From: a bacterium
GTDB lineage: Bacteria; Krumholzibacteriota; Krumholzibacteriia; LZORAL124-64-63
Direction of reading: 5' to 3'
Length of the DNA stretch: 64,000 nt
Assembly (NCBI GenBank): GCA_016703265.1
Contig: JADJCK010000015.1
Span: forward strand, 8,586 to 72,585
In this document: positions 9,476-16,736 of the stretch, in pieces
Layout: each line of letters starts with the position of its first letter
Numbering within the stretch: position 1 is the stretch's first letter
The notes under the pieces: model-generated
Seen by the model: the letters and a program-made list of their open reading frames with translations, nothing else
The model's database searches: none
Told to the model about the DNA's origin: nothing
Position numbers and translations under genes: made by a program

Positions 9476-9752
9476 CGAACTTCACTGCGGATATCGATGC
9501 CTGCGTACTGTATGCAGGGCACTTGCGCCGGCGCAAGTGATGGCGCCCGGCGGAGAAACCAATCGCGCTATTTCGAACCGCCGCTCCTCGTGTCGCGCAG
9601 CGTGTCGTCATCGTTTCAGACCGCCCCAAGGGAGGATCGATCTCCATGAGCCGTCGTCTCCATTCCGGCCATTCATTGATGCCGGCTTTGACGCGCTCGA
9701 CGCGGGCCCAGAATGCGGCGGACTCCGGGGTGTCAGTCTTCTTTTCCAGCAT
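9378..9752 (-). CDS. hypothetical small protein (only the N-terminal ~50 aa look genuine)
   Basis: MLEKKTDTPESAAFWARVERVKAGINEWPEWRRRLMEI is protein-like. The 3' half of the ORF reads through repeat B and overlaps the antitoxin gene, so the true end is unclear. Confidence 0.25.
   Translation of the reverse strand: MLEKKTDTPESAAFWARVERVKAGINEWPEWRRRLMEIDPPLGRSETMTTRCATRGAAVRNSAIGFSAGRHHLRRRKCPAYSTQASISAVKFVTPRIPDPDPAPVPPAPPTPPRAWPRAHACRP
9473..9540 (+). pseudogene. 5' stub of a PIN-domain (VapC-like) toxin gene, cut off by repeat copy B
   Basis: GTGA overlap with the antitoxin stop. It reads VTNFTADIDACVLYAG (typical PIN N-terminus with the first acidic residue), runs into ACTTGCGCCGGCGCAAGT and stops. 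Confidence 0.4.
9521..9538. repeat. single palindrome unit, copy B
   Basis: ACTTGCGCCGGCGCAAGT, perfect 18-bp palindrome. Confidence 0.85.
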
Positions 9753-9981
9753 CGGTCCTGCCTCCCGTAGCGATCTCTAACTGTACGGCAGCTGCCTCTT
9801 CGAGTTCAAGGTGTGAATACCCAGGGACCCATCACCACGCCGCATTGATCCCCCATGGACACCGCGCCCGAGAGTCACCGCTGCCCGTGCAACTAAATTC
9901 GCTGTTATATAATGAGTTAACGAAGTCTGGCCCGCCGGCACCGATCCCGCTCCAGAGAATTTCCAAGATTCCATTGATTGC

Positions 9982-10000
9982 TGGTACCGTATTTGGTACC
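9982..10000. promoter_or_regulatory. candidate operator: TGGTACC-N5-TGGTACC upstream of hicA-2
   Basis: Two copies of the self-complementary GGTACC 12 nt apart, 16 nt upstream of the ATG at 10016. Confidence 0.25.
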
Positions 10001-10015
10001 ATATCCTTTGGAGCG

Positions 10016-10264
10016 ATGATGTCGCGCGCAGACAAGCTCATTGAACGAGCCTGCAGGCACCCTGGCTCACTCACGTTTGGAGAGCTGGAGCGGCTGGCAG
10101 GACTGTTCGGCTTCCATCAGGTCCGGCAGCGCGGCAGCCATCGCATCTTCAAGCGGCCGGGCCATCCGTACTTCAACTTCCAGGAGTCCGGCGGCATGGC
10201 GAAGATCGCGCAAGTAAGACAACTGCTCGACTACGCCCACTCCCAGGGCTGGCTCGACGACTGA
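10016..10264 (+). CDS. hicA: HicA-family toxin (second HicAB module)
   Basis: 82 aa; LTFGELERLAGLFGFHQVRQRGSHRIFKRPGHP (YcfA/HicA-like). Confidence 0.7.
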   Translation: MMSRADKLIERACRHPGSLTFGELERLAGLFGFHQVRQRGSHRIFKRPGHPYFNFQESGGMAKIAQVRQLLDYAHSQGWLDD

Positions 10265-10277
10265 TAAGGAGACCCCC

Positions 10278-10673
10278 ATGCCCGGCTACAGCCAGTACAT
10301 CGCCTGGAGCGCCGAGGACAACCAATACGTGGCCACTTGCCCGGAGCTGGCTCACCTCATGGCCCTTGGCGACACGGAAGAAGAAGCCGTGAGCGGACTG
10401 AAGGTCGCCATCGGACTGGTCCTCGAGGACATGGCCGCATCCGGCGCCACGCCGCCCATACCTTCAGGCCACATGGCGCACAGCGGGCAGTTCCGCGTGC
10501 GCCTGCCGCGCACGTTGCACGCGCGGCTCGCCATGCAGGCCGAGCGCGAAGGTGTCTCACTGAACACCCTGGTCTGCACGTTGTTGTCCGAGGGCTCCGC
10601 GCTCTGGCATGCGGCGGACCATGTGACGGAGCGGTTCAGGGTGGCTTGTGGGGAGGGGCTCGACCGGGAGTGA
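10278..10673 (+). CDS. hicB: HicB-family antitoxin
   Basis: YSQYIAWSAEDNQYVATCPELAHLMALGDTEEEAVSGLKVAIGLVLEDM plus C-terminal RHH FRVRLPRTLHARLAMQAEREGVSLNTLVCTLL. Confidence 0.75.
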   Translation: MPGYSQYIAWSAEDNQYVATCPELAHLMALGDTEEEAVSGLKVAIGLVLEDMAASGATPPIPSGHMAHSGQFRVRLPRTLHARLAMQAEREGVSLNTLVCTLLSEGSALWHAADHVTERFRVACGEGLDRE

Positions 10674-10705
10674 GGGGCGTTGGCGGGCAGGCGGGGGTGG
10701 CCCGT

Positions 10706-10756
10706 CAGCGCCGGCGCAACTTCTCCCGCGGCCGTGATTCTTGCGCCGGCGCAAGT
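10706..10756. repeat. double-palindrome repeat, copy C (left unit degenerate)
   Basis: CAGCGCCGGCGCAACT - TCTCCCGCGGCCGTGATT - CTTGCGCCGGCGCAAGT. Confidence 0.85.
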
Positions 10757-10825
10757 GACCAAACGACAAACTATATACGAATCAGAGTCCGTGCGGCGCA
10801 TGTTTTGGTCCAATGATGTTGTCTG

Positions 10826-11260
10826 GTGCGCCCATATTGGGTATCATATAGTACTAAACGACCCTCCCTGGTCGCCGAACCAATCACCGGCAGGTTCCTC
10901 GTGCCCCAGGCCCAGGCGTCCGACCAGGAACGACGATTACTGCGCGCCCTCGCGGCCGACCCGAGCCGGGCGACTGCGACCCAAAGGGCTCTCTACGACC
11001 TGATGGCTCATGGCCTGACGGTGGCCGACGCCTGCGACGCCCTGTGGCATTGGATCGTCGAGGATCGACCGGTGAAGCGGACCCTGATGCACGGCCAGGA
11101 TGACGGCCAACCCGCTTTCGAGATCTGGCCCGAGCTGGTGGGGCGGAAGTTCTATTGCAAGTTCCTCGTCAGGGGGAACCCGCTCGTGCAGCAGTTGCTG
11201 CTGGTGGTGTCGGCCCACCCCGACGATCCCCACAGCCCATCGAGAGGCAGCCCGTCATGA
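10826..11260 (+). CDS. MqsR-like toxin (putative)
   Basis: Sits directly upstream of, and ATGA-overlapping, a zinc-ribbon+HTH antitoxin. C-terminal GRKFYCKFLV....LLLVVSAHPD resembles the MqsR (Y.K..V....V.SFKE) core. True start may be GTG 10898, because TATCAT/TATAGT -10-like boxes lie at about 10841-10856. Confidence 0.45.
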   Translation: MRPYWVSYSTKRPSLVAEPITGRFLVPQAQASDQERRLLRALAADPSRATATQRALYDLMAHGLTVADACDALWHWIVEDRPVKRTLMHGQDDGQPAFEIWPELVGRKFYCKFLVRGNPLVQQLLLVVSAHPDDPHSPSRGSPS

Positions 11261-11832
11261 CCGAGCCCCAATGCCCCCTGTGCGGCGCGCCAGCCCTCAT
11301 CCACCACGAGGGCCAGTACAAGATGTACCCGCCGCCCAACATCCCTGGCGGGCCGTTCACCGTGGCCAACGCCAAGTGGGAGGCGTGCGCCGCGTGCAAC
11401 GAGGAGATCCTCCCCGCCGCGTTGCTCGCCGAGCTCGAAGCGCAGCGCATCGAACGGCTGGGTTACCTGCGACCTGATGAGATTCGCGCCGTGCGCGAGC
11501 GCGCGGGGCTGACGCAGACCGAGATGGCGATTTTCGTGGGCGTCGGCGAGAAGACGTATTGCCGGTGGGAGGCGGGCCGTTCGTTGCAGAACCTGTCGAG
11601 CGACAACCTCATCCGCCTGGCCGACCGCGTGCCCGAAGCGTTCGCCCAGCTGTCGGTACAGCGCGACCCGCAGCGTCAGGCCGTGATCGATGCCTATCTG
11701 GCCGACCTCGGTAACCAGGAAGGGTGCAGCGAACTGGCGCTGGCGGCGCACGGGGCCGAACTCGACGTGGCGCTGGCCGACGAGTTGCGCCTGCGCCTGC
11801 GCATCCTGGCATCGAAGGGGAAGGACCAGTGA
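11257..11832 (+). CDS. MqsA-like antitoxin (N-terminal zinc ribbon + XRE HTH) with a ~70-aa C-terminal extension
   Basis: CPLCG...CAACNEE zinc ribbon; HTH IRAVRERAGLTQTEMAIFVGVGEKTYCRWEAGRSLQ; extra tail after the HTH. Confidence 0.7.
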   Translation: MTEPQCPLCGAPALIHHEGQYKMYPPPNIPGGPFTVANAKWEACAACNEEILPAALLAELEAQRIERLGYLRPDEIRAVRERAGLTQTEMAIFVGVGEKTYCRWEAGRSLQNLSSDNLIRLADRVPEAFAQLSVQRDPQRQAVIDAYLADLGNQEGCSELALAAHGAELDVALADELRLRLRILASKGKDQ

Positions 11833-12677
11833 CCGCGAGAATGTTGCGCGGTGCACCCGGGATCGCGCCGCACGAATTGATGGTGCGCCTGCTGCACGCC
11901 ACTGCGCAGGACCAGCCGGGCGCCATCGACCCGGCCCGCCTGCTATCGTTCCTGGGCCTGGATTTCCTGCCGGTGGATTTCGCGACGGCGCTTCGCGACG
12001 TCCTTCCCGACGACGCCCGCACCGCGCGCGCGCTGCTGTCGTCTCCCGACCACCTGGTCGCCGTCGATGCCGCGCTCGACCCGCAGTGGGTGCGCTTCAG
12101 CACCCTGCACGAGATTGCCCATTACGTGCTGCAGGATCATCGCCACGCGCTCTACCTCTGCGATGCCGAAGGACTCAGCCACCGGGCGCGCCTCGACTTC
12201 GAAGTGCAGGCCAACCTTTTCGCCGCCGACCTGCTGTTCAAGGGCCATTATTTCACGGTGGAGGCGCAGGCCCTGCCGGTATCGGCCGCGACGGTCAAGG
12301 CGCTGGCGCTGAAGTACCAGGCCTCATTCGAAGCGACAGCACGCCGCCTGGTGGAGAAGCACCATGCCCCGGTCATGCTGGTCGTCTGCGAGCGACAGGC
12401 AGATCGCTCGGTCATCGACGCGTCCCAGTCCGCAGTCTGGCGGGTGAAGTACTGCTCGGCGTCGACGTCGTTCAGGACGCGATGGTTCGCCCGCGTTGAA
12501 GGCGAGGCGCCCGCCGAAATCGCCGCGGCGCTGTCGACCGGCGGGCGCGACCTCGCCGACTCGATCGTGGTGGAGATGCCGCTGGCGGGGGATGCGGGCG
12601 GAGCGTTCAGGGTCGAGTGGTACTTCGATCAGGGCCATGTCATGGGGCTCGCGATGCCGACGAAGGGTGGGGCTTAG
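11829..12677 (+). CDS. ImmA/IrrE-family (COG2856, DUF955) zinc metalloprotease
   Basis: HEIAHYVL (HExxH) followed by EVQANLFAADLL; GTGA overlap with the antitoxin stop. Confidence 0.7.
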   Translation: MTARMLRGAPGIAPHELMVRLLHATAQDQPGAIDPARLLSFLGLDFLPVDFATALRDVLPDDARTARALLSSPDHLVAVDAALDPQWVRFSTLHEIAHYVLQDHRHALYLCDAEGLSHRARLDFEVQANLFAADLLFKGHYFTVEAQALPVSAATVKALALKYQASFEATARRLVEKHHAPVMLVVCERQADRSVIDASQSAVWRVKYCSASTSFRTRWFARVEGEAPAEIAAALSTGGRDLADSIVVEMPLAGDAGGAFRVEWYFDQGHVMGLAMPTKGGA

Positions 12678-12693
12678 GGCAGTGGCGGGTGCC

Positions 12694-12746
12694 ACTTGCG
12701 CTGGCGCAACTTCTCCCGCCCCCGTGATTGTTGCGCCGGCGCAACT
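12694..12746. repeat. double-palindrome repeat, copy D
   Basis: ACTTGCGCTGGCGCAACT - TCTCCCGCCCCCGTGATT - GTTGCGCCGGCGCAACT. Confidence 0.85.
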
Positions 12747-12845
12747 CACAGAACCGCGTGAAATCCATCGCAAGCCGCATTAACGATAAGCCGGCATCGC
12801 ATCCCAAGCCCGCCCATCGCGAACGGATGAGTCGCGAGGGCTGAT

Positions 12846-13514
12846 TCACGATTCCGCGCGCGACTGACCACCGGTCAAGTCGCGCGCGTGCCCGGCGTGT
12901 CGCGGGCTGCCGACGGCCGCCAGGGGAATCTCGACGATCGCCACGCGTGCGGGGTTGAGATGGACATCTTCCCCGCCATTGTCATCGGTGAACGAGACCA
13001 TGCCGCAGCCTGGCGTCCAGACCTCAAGTTCCCCGGCGAAGGAGGCCAGCGGACGGCAATCGGGATCGCCGTCTTCGATTTCCCCCGGGTCGTCCGCATC
13101 GACGACAAATTCCACCACGGCGCGGTCAGAGGTGAAATGGACCCGCAACGCGCCGCGGCCTTCGGGACGTTCCTCGAGATCATCCTGGTTCTCGAAACGG
13201 GCCCCGTCGACAGCGCTGTCCCACAGCAGATGGATGGACTGCACGGCCGCCAGGCGGACGCAGACGATCTGGTAGCGCGAATCGAAACAGAAGAAGTTCT
13301 CGAAGCCGCGGTCACCCAGGGCTCTTTCGAGGCGCCGCTTGCACGTTGCTGCGATCGGGTAGTCGCACGGCTCTCGGCCTGGCAGGCGGATTCTGGCGGT
13401 CCAGTACACAGCGCCGTCGATGGCGGCGTGGTCCAACGGGTAGGCCGGTTGGGACTGGGGCGGGCTCTTCCCGGTCTGCGGCGTTCGTCTGTGGTTGTGC
13501 ATCGGGAGCTCCAT
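12846..13514 (-). CDS. hypothetical protein (no recognisable domain)
   Basis: Coding-like ORF; acidic C-terminal half; start at MELPMHN (13514) or MHN (13502); bracketed by repeat copies D and E. Confidence 0.4.
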   Translation of the reverse strand: MELPMHNHRRTPQTGKSPPQSQPAYPLDHAAIDGAVYWTARIRLPGREPCDYPIAATCKRRLERALGDRGFENFFCFDSRYQIVCVRLAAVQSIHLLWDSAVDGARFENQDDLEERPEGRGALRVHFTSDRAVVEFVVDADDPGEIEDGDPDCRPLASFAGELEVWTPGCGMVSFTDDNGGEDVHLNPARVAIVEIPLAAVGSPRHAGHARDLTGGQSRAES

Positions 13515-13722
13515 TTGCTGCGCGCATGGCGGGAGACTGCCCGCTTGAGCGCAGGGAACCCGTGGGCACGCCGGGTGCCAGCCCGCTCGCAACTGCCGGA
13601 AACCGCGCTGTGGACGCCGCGGGAGTGGAGCTTCGGTCTGGCGGCCGCCATGGGCCGGGGGTGGATTGTGTCGCCAGCGCGGGACGCGTTGGGCCGAAGT
13701 GGATAGACCGATTGACGGCGGC

Positions 13723-13775
13723 AGTTGCGCCGGCGCAAGTCTTCAAGCCACCGTGATTCTTGCGCCGGCGCAAGT
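13723..13775. repeat. double-palindrome repeat, copy E
   Basis: AGTTGCGCCGGCGCAAGT - CTTCAAGCCACCGTGATT - CTTGCGCCGGCGCAAGT. Confidence 0.9.
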
Positions 13776-13833
13776 CATAGGACTGCACAAAATCCCCAAT
13801 GGCATCAATCAGGTGCTGATTCACGGAGTGCGA

Positions 13834-14523
13834 CTATTCCCGCCCCCGCACCAACATCCCCCCGCTGATCCCCAGCACCACCGCCGCATGCAGGAACGCC
13901 ACCATCGGTGTCCACATCAATCGCGATTCGCCGTGCTGCGAGATCACCATCGCCAATGGCAGGGCACAGAGGGCCAGCAGGAGCCAGCCGGTGACGCGCG
14001 GCGCACGTCGCGCAAGAAAAGCGAGCCCCGCGAGACCTGCGGCCGCCAGTAGAACGAATCCCGCAGCCGCTGTCGTCCTCTCGGCAAAGGATCCCGTCAG
14101 GACGATCGAAATCGACGCGGCAGTGAGCACCGATGCACCCAGCAGCAGCCGGAACGTGCCGGCGCGAGCGCCCCAGTATTGGAGCAGATAGCTGACGGCG
14201 AAGACCTCGACCAACAGCTTGCGTGGCGTCTCGCCACTGAAGGCCGCACTCACGTTCGGCCCGAGGCGCCCGGCGAAGAGCAGGACAGCCACCGCCAACA
14301 ACGCATGAAACCCGGCGCGACGCGTCACGCCCATCGTCCATTCATCCGCATCCTTCAACCAGCCGATCTCGCGCAGCACCGACGGCAGGAACACCGCCAG
14401 GGCGAACGCGACCTCGAGGCGCGGATAGAGCCAGGTGCCGGCCAGGGCCACCACGCCGATGCCGAACGCGATCGCGTCGATCGACGGCAAGCGCCTGGGG
14501 GTCTCACGCGTCATCATCGTCAT
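13834..14523 (-). CDS. multi-pass membrane protein co-transcribed with a small XRE regulator
   Basis: At least 5 hydrophobic helices; overlaps the upstream HTH gene by about 20 nt. Confidence 0.5.
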   Translation of the reverse strand: MTMMTRETPRRLPSIDAIAFGIGVVALAGTWLYPRLEVAFALAVFLPSVLREIGWLKDADEWTMGVTRRAGFHALLAVAVLLFAGRLGPNVSAAFSGETPRKLLVEVFAVSYLLQYWGARAGTFRLLLGASVLTAASISIVLTGSFAERTTAAAGFVLLAAAGLAGLAFLARRAPRVTGWLLLALCALPLAMVISQHGESRLMWTPMVAFLHAAVVLGISGGMLVRGRE

Positions 14524-14728
14524 CCCCTCCCTCGACGAGCTCGAACAGGTCGGTGACGGGCATGCCCAGGGCGTCGGCCAGCGTGAACGCGAGCAGGGCC
14601 GAGGGCACGTACTTGCCCTTCTCGATGGCCAGGATGGTCTGGCGGCGCACACCGACGGCGGCGGCCAGGTCTTCCTGGGTCAAATCGAGGCGGGCGCGGT
14701 GCTGTTTCAGGTGGTTGGTGAGTTTCAT
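14504..14728 (-). CDS. XRE-family HTH transcriptional regulator (74 aa, acidic tail)
   Basis: LKQHRARLDLTQEDLAAAVGVRRQTILAIEKGKYVPSALLAFTLADALGMPVTDLF. Confidence 0.8.
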   Translation of the reverse strand: MKLTNHLKQHRARLDLTQEDLAAAVGVRRQTILAIEKGKYVPSALLAFTLADALGMPVTDLFELVEGGDDDDDA

Positions 14729-14741
14729 GGGGTTGAATGTA

Positions 14742-14751
14742 CGCTATAGCG
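14742..14751. promoter_or_regulatory. candidate operator palindrome CGCTATAGCG upstream of the XRE gene
   Basis: Perfect 10-bp palindrome 14 nt upstream of the XRE start codon, in an AT-richer stretch. Confidence 0.3.
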
Positions 14752-14891
14752 CACTTTTTGTCAATGGTGAATGACATTTTGGCCGCGCGCGGCCTCGGCG
14801 CTCTTAAGCCCAAGTTGTGGCAAGGTTTACGCTGCCATTCGCCGTCAGGTCGATTACCGTGTCGCTTTCATAAGACAGAGGGAGAGCGAGC

Positions 14892-15276
14892 ATGAAGAAG
14901 CAGACCCCCGAATCGGCCGCCCCGGCTTCGCAGTTGATCGACGAGCGCATCGAGGAACTGGGTGACTGGCGCGGCGATCTGCTCGCCCGCCTGCGCGCCG
15001 TGATCCGCGCGGCCGACCCCGCCATCGTCTAGGAGTGGAAGTGGCGCGTGCCGGTGTGGTCGCGCGACGGCATCATCTGCACGGGTGAGGCCTACAAGAG
15101 CACCGTGAAGCTGACCTTCGCCAAGGGTGCGGCGCTGAAGGACCCGAAGGGCCTCTTCAATTCCAGCCTCGAAGGCAACACGCGGCGCGCGATCGACTAT
15201 CGTGAAGGCGACAAGGTGAACGAGGCCGCGCTGAAGACGCTCGTGCGCGGCGGCGGCCCTGAACGCGAAGGCTTGA
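14892..15276 (+). pseudogene. DUF1801 (YdhG-like) gene with in-frame TAG and a probable 2-nt indel
   Basis: MKKQTPESAAPASQLIDERIEELGDWRGDLLARLRAVIRAADPAIV-TAG(15030)-EWKWRVPVWSRDGIICTGEAYKSTVKLTFAKGAALKDP..NTRRAIDYREGDKVNEAALKTLVR. The usual ending AAAALNAKA-stop is in the +1 frame (TGA 15274-15276). Confidence 0.55.
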
Positions 15277-16082
15277 TGAACGTGCGTGGCGCCGCAACCA
15301 TCCTCACATTGGCCGCACTGCTGGCGCTCCCGCCCGCCACCGCGCACGCCGCCTCGCCGTTCCCCTACAACCTGCGCACCGGCCGCGAGGCCGCGCTCGC
15401 CGCCACCGGCACCAGCCTCCTGCTCACCAGCCTGATCCTCGCGCACGACAACACGCCGCTCACGCCGGCGGAGCTGGCCGCGCTCGATGTCGCAGCGTTG
15501 CCGTCGATCGACCGCGCCGCCACCCGCCGCTGGTCGCCCGGCGCGGCGAAGGCCAGCGATCGCCTCGTGACGACACTCACCATCGCGCCGCTCGCCGTTG
15601 CTGCGGTCGGTCCCGGTCGCGAGCGCGGCGGCCGCGTGGCGCTCATGTATGCCGAGACGATGCTCCTCTCGGGCGGCGCCACGGCGCTGCTCAAGCACGC
15701 TGTCGCGCGGCCGCGGCCGTTCACGTACAACGACGACGCGCGCATCGACCCGGCGCTGCGCCTGTCGGGCATGGCGCGGCGCTCGTTTCCTTCGGGCCAC
15801 ACGGCGCAGTCGTTCGCGGCGATGGTCTTCCTTGCCACGGTGCACGGGAAGCTGCAGCCGCGCGGTGAGGGCTGGGTCTGGGCGGGATGCCTGGGCGCGG
15901 CGGCCACCGTGGGCTGGCTGCGTTACGAGGCGGGGTACCACTTCCCGACCGACATCCTGGCGGGCGCGGCGATCGGCGCCACGGCGGGATGGCTGGTGCC
16001 GCATCTGCATGAGCTCGCTGATGACGGCACAACCGCCGCGCCGGTGGAAGGCGCGCGCATCGGCGTCGGCTTCGGGTTCTGA
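15276..16082 (+). CDS. PAP2-superfamily phosphatase (membrane)
   Basis: Signal peptide MNVRGAATILTLAALLALPPATAHA; KHAVARPRP, PSGH, YEAGYHFPTD (acid-phosphatase motifs). Confidence 0.7.
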   Translation: MNVRGAATILTLAALLALPPATAHAASPFPYNLRTGREAALAATGTSLLLTSLILAHDNTPLTPAELAALDVAALPSIDRAATRRWSPGAAKASDRLVTTLTIAPLAVAAVGPGRERGGRVALMYAETMLLSGGATALLKHAVARPRPFTYNDDARIDPALRLSGMARRSFPSGHTAQSFAAMVFLATVHGKLQPRGEGWVWAGCLGAAATVGWLRYEAGYHFPTDILAGAAIGATAGWLVPHLHELADDGTTAAPVEGARIGVGFGF

Positions 16083-16130
16083 TTCACCTCGCGCAGGGAG
16101 TTTCACCCCCACGAGAATTCGAACCGGAGG

Positions 16131-16649
16131 ATGACCATGTTCCTGATGCTCCTGTTGATGCTGCTCGTCGCCCAGGCTCCGGTTGCCGCCGCGGCGCCTG
16201 CGACACAACTTGACGCCGCCACCTCCCAATCGACCGCAACCCTGGAGACGACCATGACCGCCACCGGCGCCTTCGACGTGAAGATGATTCCCCAACCCGC
16301 CGACGGCGAAGCCGCCGGCCCGTTCGGCCGCCTGCTGCTCGACAAACAGTACCACGGCGCGCTCACGGCCGTCAGCCGCGGCCAGATGATGGCCTTCCAG
16401 TCGGCGACCGAGGGATCGGCGGGGTACGTGGCGCTGGAGCAGGTCACCGGCACCCTCGACGGGCGCCGCGGCAGCTTCGTGCTGCAGCACGAGGGGCTCA
16501 TGACGCGCGGTACGCCCACCCGCCTGCAAGTGACCGTGGTGCCGGACTCGGGGACCGACGAACTGGCAGGACTGGCCGGCGAACTGGACATCATCTTCGC
16601 CGAGGATGGCCATCGCTACGAGTTGAGGTACACGCTGGAGCGGCCGTAG
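16131..16649 (+). CDS. DUF3224 domain protein (secreted)
   Basis: Signal peptide; GAFDVKMIPQP......LLLDKQYHGALTAVSRGQMM...GYVALEQVTGTLDGRRGSFVLQH pattern. Confidence 0.55.
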   Translation: MTMFLMLLLMLLVAQAPVAAAAPATQLDAATSQSTATLETTMTATGAFDVKMIPQPADGEAAGPFGRLLLDKQYHGALTAVSRGQMMAFQSATEGSAGYVALEQVTGTLDGRRGSFVLQHEGLMTRGTPTRLQVTVVPDSGTDELAGLAGELDIIFAEDGHRYELRYTLERP

Positions 16650-16736
16650 CGCCTGGCGGGGCCCCGTGGCGGCGTTGGTGGCGTGCGCGCATTCACCGCC
16701 CTTGCCCCGGGGCCCGCTTCTGGCTAGCCTGCCGGG

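Noticed and set aside
9541-9600. C-terminal half of ORF 9378-9752(-) as genuine coding sequence
   Set aside because: It reads through repeat copy B and overlaps the antitoxin gene on the opposite strand. Only the N-terminal ~50 residues look protein-like, so the ORF end is considered fortuitous.
15030-15032. Programmed stop-codon readthrough or recoding at the TAG in the DUF1801 gene (and at TAA 56894-56896 in the CotH paralog)
   Set aside because: No recoding signals are recognisable: no SECIS- or PYLIS-like context, and no Pyl or Sec machinery in the window. The DUF1801 gene also carries an indel, and the CotH copy shows additional local divergence. Pseudogenisation or sequencing error is simpler.
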